DNA of 32,000 nucleotides from Zymomonas mobilis subsp. mobilis ATCC 10988. Lineage in GTDB: Bacteria > Pseudomonadota > Alphaproteobacteria > Sphingomonadales > Sphingomonadaceae. Location: assembly GCF_000175255.2 (NCBI RefSeq), contig NC_017262.1, positions 1,650,001-1,682,000 of the forward strand, written 5' to 3'. Both the position numbers and the translations under genes were made by a program. Positions 1 through 6,628 of this stretch are shown in pieces (within the stretch, counting starts at the first letter, position 1; each line of letters opens with the position of its first letter). The notes beneath the pieces are model-generated. The model was not told the origin of the DNA, searched no databases, and was given only the letters and a program-made list of their open reading frames with translations.

Positions 1-178
1 TATCAATTTTCAGCGGGACAAATCTGCCCCCGCGCAGTTAATGCTGATGGGATGGACGGTTATTGATGCCCAGAATAACCGATCTCAAATCATTCTGTCC
101 GAGCAGAAATTTAATCAGCCGGTTTCAAACAATATGTTCCGCTGGAATGACCCGCGCGGTAATAATGGCCCTCGTTAA
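1..178 (+). CDS. lolA: Outer-membrane lipoprotein carrier protein LolA, C-terminal part (5' end outside window)
   Basis: Frame starting at base 2 reads INFQRDKSAPAQLMLMGWTVIDAQNNRSQIILSEQKFNQPVSNNMFRWNDPRGNNGPR*, matching the LolA C-terminal pattern (LSEQ-F, F-W-DPR). Stop TAA at 176-178. Position before xthA is typical of alphaproteobacteria. Confidence 0.72.
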   Translation, partial: INFQRDKSAPAQLMLMGWTVIDAQNNRSQIILSEQKFNQPVSNNMFRWNDPRGNNGPR

Positions 179-183
179 GGGGG

Positions 184-612
184 CTATCTTTTAAAGAGAA
201 AAGAATAGGTTCTCCGAATATCATTTCTGATTTTGGATAGGCCGTTTACGACCGCATTGACGGGGGCTGAAATAAGGCCTTTTCTGTGCTGATTAACAAC
301 GGGTTTCATCGCGTAGTTTTCCTGTATCCTGTCAGAATGAACCGTTTGGGGCACCAATTGAAAATCCCTGAACAAGAAAGCATGTAACTTGTCTTTCAGG
401 ATTTTAAATTCCCTGTTGTTTTCAAGATCAAAGAAATTACCGAAATGGCCATATAATTTTTTAATATTGTGGCGGGTATGATTGGGCTCTTTCTCAATTT
501 TATTGGCCAGATGATAAAGAATTCTACCCCGACAATAGTCTTTATTCTCGATAAGAATATCGACCATATTCAAAAGTATATTTTTTATTTCGGTCGTGGT
601 TTTTATTTTCAT
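184..612 (-). CDS. Hypothetical protein, 142 aa, no recognised family, in AT-rich DNA
   Basis: Open reading frame from the track only. Lys/Asn/Ile-rich protein; no motif recognised. It may not be a real gene. Confidence 0.3.
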   Translation of the reverse strand: MKIKTTTEIKNILLNMVDILIENKDYCRGRILYHLANKIEKEPNHTRHNIKKLYGHFGNFFDLENNREFKILKDKLHAFLFRDFQLVPQTVHSDRIQENYAMKPVVNQHRKGLISAPVNAVVNGLSKIRNDIRRTYSFLFKR

Positions 613-1085
613 ATTTTTCCCATTTATTTTTTATCCATAAAAATATTCATGTTTTTATTTAAAAATAAACATTATTTTTCAAATAGTAAAAATATAATAA
701 AATTATTTCATTTTCGTTTATTTTTTAAAAATAAATATATTTAATATGAAAATTGACCATCCTCAAACCCTGTTCTTGTATTTTGCCACTTTTAATACAT
801 GAATCCAAGCCTCTTTATTAGTTTATTAAAACTTGTCTGTGATTATTTATATTTTTGAAATTAGAAATCTTATTTCAAGATATTTTTATATTATTTTTGC
901 GTAAAAATTTAAAGGACATATATTAACGGCAAATTTGCTACAAATTTAAATAAAAAAATGTATTTTATTCATCTTAGTGACAGCTTCAAAGGTGTAATGA
1001 TTTTTTCGTGGCTAAATATGCTGGCAGAATTTTCCCCCCTGTTGTCTGTCAGCTCAAGCCATCTCGCGTGACCAAATATAGGTCA

Positions 1086-1123
1086 GCCCTCGCTTCACGC
1101 CCCCGAAGCGAGGGCCTTTTTTT
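1086..1123 (+). terminator. Strong Rho-independent terminator with no recognised gene immediately upstream
   Basis: GCCCTCGCTTC-ACGCCCCC-GAAGCGAGGGC-CTTTTTTT: perfect 11-bp stem followed by a T tract on the + strand. Confidence 0.88.
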
Positions 1124-1268
1124 ATCTTGTTAACAGGGATGTCTGAATATCCGCTTGCTAGGCAGGTATTTCCTATGCTTAACTCATGACCTTTTTAGCT
1201 AGATACTTGCAGGGAAAGGCCATTTTCTCCGTAAAATGGTATTCTTGCGGGTTGTTTATCGGTCATAA

Positions 1269-2078
1269 ATGGCAGGAAATATTTTGCGTATTGTCTCATG
1301 GAATATCAATTCAGTGCGCGCCCGATTGGCGCATGTTGAACGTTTCTTAAAAGAAGAGCAGCCGGATATTCTCTGTTTGCAAGAAACCAAGGCTACAAAC
1401 GGCGTTTTCCCTTCCCGTTTTTTCTATGATCTTGGCTATATTCATCAGGCTGTCCACGGTCAGCCCGGTTATAATGGCGTTGCCATTCTCAGCCGAATTG
1501 CTTTTTCTCCCGCAGAAATTACCAGCCATGATTGGCAAAATAATCAGGAAGCCCGCCATATCGGCATTACCTTGGAAAACGGGGTGCGGCTGGAAAATGT
1601 CTATATTCCGGCAGGGGGTGATATCCCTGATCGCGATCTTAACCCTAAATTCGGCCAGAAGCTCGATTTTATCAGCCGAATGATTGAATGGTCATCGCAT
1701 TTGGAACAGCCGACTATTCTGGTTGGGGATTTTAATATTGCTCCGCTGGAATCCGATGTCTGGAGCCATAAACAGCTTTTAAAAGTCGTCAGCCATACCC
1801 CGATAGAAGTCGATCATCTTTCTCGCCTGCAAGCCAGTCACAACTGGATTGATCTGGGTCGTCATTTTTATCCAGCACCGGAACGCTTATATACATGGTG
1901 GAGCTATCGCTCGAAAGACTGGACAAAGTCGGATCGGGGGCGACGTCTCGATCACATGTGGGCAAGTCCCAGCCTCGTCGATCATTTGGTCGGTCACAAG
2001 GTGTATGAATCCTGTCGAAGCTGGATAAAGCCTTCGGATCATGTGCCTTTACTTACGGAGTTTTCTTTTCATGGTTGA
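1269..2078 (+). CDS. xthA: Exodeoxyribonuclease III
   Basis: 269 aa with LRIVSWNINSVRARL, PDILCLQETK, ILVGDFNIAP, W-YRS, RRLDHMWAS and PSDHVPL motifs of the ExoIII/AP-endonuclease family. Confidence 0.95.
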   Translation: MAGNILRIVSWNINSVRARLAHVERFLKEEQPDILCLQETKATNGVFPSRFFYDLGYIHQAVHGQPGYNGVAILSRIAFSPAEITSHDWQNNQEARHIGITLENGVRLENVYIPAGGDIPDRDLNPKFGQKLDFISRMIEWSSHLEQPTILVGDFNIAPLESDVWSHKQLLKVVSHTPIEVDHLSRLQASHNWIDLGRHFYPAPERLYTWWSYRSKDWTKSDRGRRLDHMWASPSLVDHLVGHKVYESCRSWIKPSDHVPLLTEFSFHG

Positions 2079-3165
2079 GGATCGTAAAGCGATAGTCATA
2101 GCACAGGCGATAGATGCCTTGCGGCGGGGTTGGCCGATTTCGATCTCTGATCAGGGCGAGATTCTAAGTCTGTTGGCGGTCGAACGTGCTGACGACCATC
2201 GGCTCAAGGTCTTTGATCCCGATCAGACAGCCGATATTTTACTGTCTGCGGCAAGAGCGGCTATCTTGAATCTCGCCAATGACAAAGAGGCGGCTACTCC
2301 CGATCAACCTGTCACCTTGGCAAGGACGCCTTGGATAGATTGTGCTTCTGCCTTGGCTTTGGCTGATCCCTCTATGGATCTTGAAATGCCGATGAAGGGG
2401 CCTTTTAAGGTTAAAAAAACCGTTATTAAATCGGCAGCCGCATCGGCTTTGGAATTGGCCAGAATGGCAGGATTACTTCCAGCTTTCTTCGTTCAAGAAG
2501 GGCAGTCCGAGCAATCCCTTTTGACTCTTCCCGCACAAGATATTGTCGATTTCTTCCAAGGGCAGGGGGTTTACATCGCCGCAAGGGCGCGGTTGCCGAT
2601 TGCCTTGGGCGATCATGGTAAAGCCATTGAAAATAGCCAGATCGTTGCGTTCAGAAATGATGCCGATGCCGTAGAGCATGTTGCGGTGATTATCGGTCAT
2701 CCTGATGGTCAACCGCCTGTTGTTCGATTGCATAGCGAATGTCTTACCGGCGATGTGTTTGGTTCGCTGAAATGTGATTGTGGCCCCCAGCTACATCAGG
2801 CTTTAAGGATTATGGATGAATCCGGCTATGGCATCCTGCTTTATTTGCGACAGGAAGGGCGTGGTATTGGGCTGATCAATAAATTGCGTGCCTATAGCTT
2901 GCAAGATCAGGGTTTTGATACAGTAGATGCCAATGTCCGCTTGGGCTTTGTCAATGATGCCCGCGATTTCCGGCTGGCTGCCCAGATGCTAGGTGAATTG
3001 GAAATAAAGCAAATCCGTTTGCTGACCAATAATCCTGACAAAGTAGAAGGGCTTAAAAAAGCCGGCATTGATGTTGTCGAGCGGTTACCCTTAAAGATCA
3101 AGCCGAACCCGCATAATCAGGCGTATCTTGAAACCAAGCGAGACCGTAGCGGCCACCAATTATAA
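2071..3165 (+). CDS. ribA: GTP cyclohydrolase II with an N-terminal extension domain
   Basis: VRLHSECLTGDVFGSLKCDCGPQL, LLYLRQEGRGIGLINKLRAYSLQD and RLLTNNPDKVEGL are RibA signatures. Likely start is ATG 2071 (MVEDRKAI), which overlaps the xthA 3' end (stop 2076-2078). Confidence 0.92.
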   Translation: MVEDRKAIVIAQAIDALRRGWPISISDQGEILSLLAVERADDHRLKVFDPDQTADILLSAARAAILNLANDKEAATPDQPVTLARTPWIDCASALALADPSMDLEMPMKGPFKVKKTVIKSAAASALELARMAGLLPAFFVQEGQSEQSLLTLPAQDIVDFFQGQGVYIAARARLPIALGDHGKAIENSQIVAFRNDADAVEHVAVIIGHPDGQPPVVRLHSECLTGDVFGSLKCDCGPQLHQALRIMDESGYGILLYLRQEGRGIGLINKLRAYSLQDQGFDTVDANVRLGFVNDARDFRLAAQMLGELEIKQIRLLTNNPDKVEGLKKAGIDVVERLPLKIKPNPHNQAYLETKRDRSGHQL

Positions 3166-3208
3166 CGGTGAAAATATTTAAATAAGGCAGAATCTATGCC
3201 TTATTAGG

Positions 3209-3284
3209 TAGGCGATAGCGTTGTTTCTAGAAGAGACTGTTATTCTCTTGGGCTTTAGACAGCTTGAAATAATGCTATCGCCTA
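3209..3284. repeat. 76-bp intergenic inverted-repeat element with a nested hairpin
   Basis: TAGGCGATAGC (3209-3219) and GCTATCGCCTA (3274-3284) are perfect 11-bp inverted repeats. They enclose AAGAGA (3231-3236) / TCTCTT (3244-3249). Confidence 0.5.
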
Positions 3285-3343
3285 TTCTGTATGAGGCTCT
3301 GATTAGTCATTCTCAAAAGAAGTTTGCCGTAATCCGAGTCTAC

Positions 3344-3688
3344 TTATTCCAGTTTATCGACCAAATAGGTATCACCCCAATTTTTAAGTGCCATGATAAC
3401 CGGCTCAAGACTGCGACCGCGTTCCGATAAACTATATTCCACTTTTGGCGGGATGACGGGGTAAACTTTTCGGATAATCAATTCATTTTTTTCTAATTCC
3501 CGTAATTGTTTGGTCAACATCCGCTGCGTGATATCGGGAAAACGCCGCCGTAATTCGTTGAAACGTAAAGTCTTTTCAAACAGATGGTAAAGGATAACGC
3601 CCTTCCATTTGCCATCAATCAAATTAAGCGTCCCTTCGACAGGGCAACCGGCATTACATTCAAAATTTTGATGTCGGATACGGGGCAT
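3344..3688 (-). CDS. HxlR-family winged-helix transcriptional regulator
   Basis: 114 aa: CPVEGTLNLIDGKWKGVILYHLFEKTLRFNELRRRFPDITQRMLTKQLRELEKNELIIRKVYPVIPPKVEYSLSERG is a classic HxlR domain. Confidence 0.93.
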   Translation of the reverse strand: MPRIRHQNFECNAGCPVEGTLNLIDGKWKGVILYHLFEKTLRFNELRRRFPDITQRMLTKQLRELEKNELIIRKVYPVIPPKVEYSLSERGRSLEPVIMALKNWGDTYLVDKLE

Positions 3689-3713
3689 GGCATTTCCTTT
3701 TACAGTATCATTA

Positions 3714-3731
3714 TGGATACTATAGGCCTTT
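3714..3731. promoter_or_regulatory. Candidate operator between the divergent HxlR regulator and oxidoreductase genes
   Basis: AGTATC-ATTATG-GATACT perfect inverted repeat immediately upstream of the HxlR start codon, in the divergent promoter region. Confidence 0.45.
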
Positions 3732-3802
3732 TATGTGCGTTCTTGTCCTTTTTAAATATAGTGAGGATATTGATAACCTTAAACCACAAAAGGAAGCTGA
3801 TT

Positions 3803-4819
3803 ATGCGCGCCATAGGTTATCAAAAGCCGTTACCGATCACTGAAACGGCAGCATTGGTGGATATTGATATTCCAAAACCAAAACCAAAAGGCCGTGATTT
3901 ATTGGTCGAGATAAAAGCCGTTTCTGTTAATCCCGTCGATACCAAAGTCAGACAGAAAATGCCTCCGAAGACAGGCGAAGAATGGAAAATTCTGGGATGG
4001 GATGCGGCTGGTGTTGTCGTCGAGACAGGGCGTGATGCCGAGTTATTTAAGGTCGGTGACGAGGTTTTTTATGCAGGGGCTTTCGACCGCTCCGGCAGTA
4101 ATGCAGAATTTCAGTTGGTGGATGAACAGCTTGTCGGTCAAAAACCGAAAAGCCTTAATTGGGCAGAAGCGGCGGCTTTACCCTTAACGACGCTGACCGC
4201 TTGGGAAGTCTTATTTGATCGGCTTAATATCAATATGCCAGTTGCTGGAATGAAGCCTGTCATTTTGATTATTGGCGGCGGTGGCGGGGTTAGTTCAATC
4301 GCTATCCAGCTAGCCCGTCAGTTAAGTAATGCAACCGTTATTGCCACAGCCTCACGGCCGGAAAGCCGTGAATGGGTTACCGAAATGGGGGCGCATTATG
4401 TTATTGACCATAGCAAGCCTTTACCTGCTCAAATAGAGGCACTTCATCTAGATGCGCCTTCTTTTGTTTTTTCAACGACCCATACGGCACAGCATTTTGC
4501 AGAATCTGCCGAATTGATGGCACCTCAAGGCCGCTTTGCTCTGATTGATGAGCCGGGCAATATTGATATCGCGCTCTTTCAGGCCAAATCTTTGTCGCTG
4601 CATTATGAATTTATGTTTACGCGTTCTATGTTTAAAACTGCCGATCTTTCTGAACAGCATCGTATTTTAAACAGAGTCAGCCGTCTTGTAGACGAAGGGC
4701 GTATTCGGACAACGCTGGCGAAAAATGGGGGCGTGATTAACGCCGCGCATTTGAAACAAGCCCATCAATTCATTGAAGACGGCCATGCCAGAGGTAAAAT
4801 CGTCTTAGAAGGCTTCTAA
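3803..4819 (+). CDS. Zinc-type alcohol dehydrogenase-like / quinone oxidoreductase family protein
   Basis: MRAIGYQKPLPI...VSVNPVDTKVR...LGWDAAGVVVETG...VILIIGGGGGVSSIAIQLAR. The track ORF starts at 3584, but the conserved N-terminus and an upstream AGGAAG motif support ATG 3803. Confidence 0.88.
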   Translation: MRAIGYQKPLPITETAALVDIDIPKPKPKGRDLLVEIKAVSVNPVDTKVRQKMPPKTGEEWKILGWDAAGVVVETGRDAELFKVGDEVFYAGAFDRSGSNAEFQLVDEQLVGQKPKSLNWAEAAALPLTTLTAWEVLFDRLNINMPVAGMKPVILIIGGGGGVSSIAIQLARQLSNATVIATASRPESREWVTEMGAHYVIDHSKPLPAQIEALHLDAPSFVFSTTHTAQHFAESAELMAPQGRFALIDEPGNIDIALFQAKSLSLHYEFMFTRSMFKTADLSEQHRILNRVSRLVDEGRIRTTLAKNGGVINAAHLKQAHQFIEDGHARGKIVLEGF

Positions 4820-4866
4820 CATAACTTCCTAGCCCAGAGGCGTCTTTCAAGGTGGCATTCACTTTA

Positions 4867-5713
4867 GGCTCAGGACCTGTTAATTTCTTGAGTTGAGCGG
4901 GCTGTTGTGATTCACAGGTTTACCGATGGAGGTGAAGCTGTGAGTGACGTGTTTTTGCTGTCTGAGCACCAGATGGAACGGATTAAGCCGTTTTTTCCAC
5001 TGGCGCATGGTGTGCCGCGTGTCGATGACCGTCGTGTCCTGAGCGGGATCGTTTACGTGATCCGCAACGGCCTTCAGTGGAAAGACGCCCCGAAAGCGTA
5101 TGGCCCGCACAAGACTTTATACAACCGGTTTATCCGGTGGAGCCGCCTGGGTGTCTTTGACCGGATCTTCGTCGCCCTGACGGAGCAGGCAGGCCGTTCG
5201 AAGCGTCTGATGATCGATGCAACACATCTGAAAGCACACCGGACAGCGGCCTCCCTGCTCAAAAAGGGGCTTTTCCCCGCCATATCGGACGCACGAAAGG
5301 CGGACTGAACTCAAAGCTTCACGCTGTATGCGATAGTCAGGGCCGCCCTGTCCGGCTGCATCTGACCGCAGGTCAGGTCAGTGACTTCAAAGGCGCGGAT
5401 GTTCTGCTGGCAAATCTGCCGGAAGAAACACAAGAAATTCTCGGGGACCGGGGATACGACAGTAATAAAATCAGACAGTCTCTCGCAGACCGGAATATCA
5501 CCGCCTGTATTCCGCCGAAGAAGAACCGGAAATCAAAGCCGCCTTACGACTGGCATCTGTATAAAAAGCGTCACCTCATCGAAAATATGTTCGCAAAGCT
5601 CAAAGACTGGCGGCGTGTCGCAACACGATACGACCGGTGCGCTCACACATTCATGTCAGCAATCCATATCGCAGCAAGTTTCATCTTCTATCTCAAAGAA
5701 TGAGTCCTGAGCC
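4867..5713 (+). mobile_element. IS5-family (IS427-like) insertion sequence, copy 1, 847 bp
   Basis: 10-bp terminal inverted repeats GGCTCAGGAC ... GTCCTGAGCC, TA duplicated at both flanks, transposase in two overlapping frames, and a second near-identical copy at 27859-28705. Confidence 0.93.
4907..5703 (+). CDS. IS5-family transposase, expressed via apparent -1 frameshift (ORF1 4907-5308; ORF2 runs to TGA 5701-5703)
   Basis: ORF1: DDRRVLSGIVYVIRNGLQWKDAPKAYGPHKTLYNRF. ORF2, in the -1 frame: GGLNSKLHAVCDSQGRPVRLHLTAGQVSDFKGADVLLANLPEETQEILGDRGYDSNKIRQSL...PPYDWHLYKKRHLIENMFAKLKDWRRVATRYDRCAHTFMSAIHIAASFIFYLKE*. Candidate slip site is at GCACGAAAGGCGG. Confidence 0.88.
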
Positions 5714-5825
5714 TAATGCCACCTTGTTTTTTTACCCGATCATTGAAGCCCTTTTCTCATATATTCTTTAGTCTTTTGATAATCATCTGTGATCTTATCC
5801 GGTTAGCAGTATAGGCTATCCGTTA

Positions 5826-6365
5826 ATGGTAGAAATTTACATTGATAGCCAATCGGGCATTTTAACCGAAGAACGAGACGGACGGCGCTATCAGACGTCA
5901 TGCGCATTAGGAAAAAACGGCGTTATCGCGGCTGATAAAAAACGGGAAGGGGACAACAAAACGCCTTTAGGTTGTTGGCCTGTTCGAGGGGCGTTGTTAC
6001 GTCCTGATCGTTTTTCTTGCGTGGATTCTCCGTCTTTTCATCTACAGGATATTAAAATTCCGTGGCGCTGGATTCGCCCTGATGATGGCTGGTGTGATGA
6101 CAGCCGATATGGCTGTTATAACCAACCGGTTACGTTACCATTCTCAGGATCGGCTGAGTCTTTGTGGCGCAATGACGCTCTTTATGACATTATTATCACG
6201 CTGGGCTATAACGATCGGCCGGCTTTTCCCGATTTAGGCAGTGCAATCTTCCTGCATTGTCGTATTTTAGGTCGAAAAACAGCGGGATGTGTGGCTGTTA
6301 TGCCAGATTTTCTAGAGAATCTGCTTGTTAGACTGCAATTAGGGGATAGCCTTAAGATATTTTAA
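5826..6365 (+). CDS. L,D-transpeptidase (YkuD) family protein
   Basis: 179 aa: CALGKNGVIAADKKREGDNKTPLG near the N-terminus and SAIFLHCRILGRKTAGCVAV, an H...TxGCVAV catalytic-type motif. Confidence 0.78.
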   Translation: MVEIYIDSQSGILTEERDGRRYQTSCALGKNGVIAADKKREGDNKTPLGCWPVRGALLRPDRFSCVDSPSFHLQDIKIPWRWIRPDDGWCDDSRYGCYNQPVTLPFSGSAESLWRNDALYDIIITLGYNDRPAFPDLGSAIFLHCRILGRKTAGCVAVMPDFLENLLVRLQLGDSLKIF

Positions 6366-6628
6366 AGCTATCAAGCCTTATAACGGCTATGTAGAGATGA
6401 CAGACAGCTTTATGACAAATTGTCACTAGACATTTTGTTCGCTGTTAGGCTTTTGCTTTTTCGCTAATATAGCCTACAGAACAGGACGTTTCGGTTATCT
6501 ATCGGGGGAATGAAATGGGGTGGCCTGATAATGTCATCCATCCATTCTCTTGGATACAATAAAAAGACTAAAAGAATATCTGCAGGAACCGGAAAAATCC
6601 GGTCTTATTGCAGTAAAGGAGAGGATGA

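Noticed and set aside
469-744. 91-aa ORF MAGMIGLFLNFIGQMIKNSTPTIVFI...
   Set aside because: Hydrophobic AT-driven read overlapping the opposite-strand 184-612 ORF. No ribosome-binding site or family support, so neither ORF is firm and this one is weaker.
4880-5314. Antisense ORFs inside the IS (76, 69 and 65 aa, repeated in copy 2)
   Set aside because: They lie antisense to the transposase and look like by-products of its codon pattern.
5381-5710. 109-aa ORF MTSKARMFCWQ... (and its copy at 28373-28702)
   Set aside because: It is an out-of-frame read of the second half of the IS transposase. The true coding frame is the -1 frame relative to ORF1 and ends at 5703 (28695).
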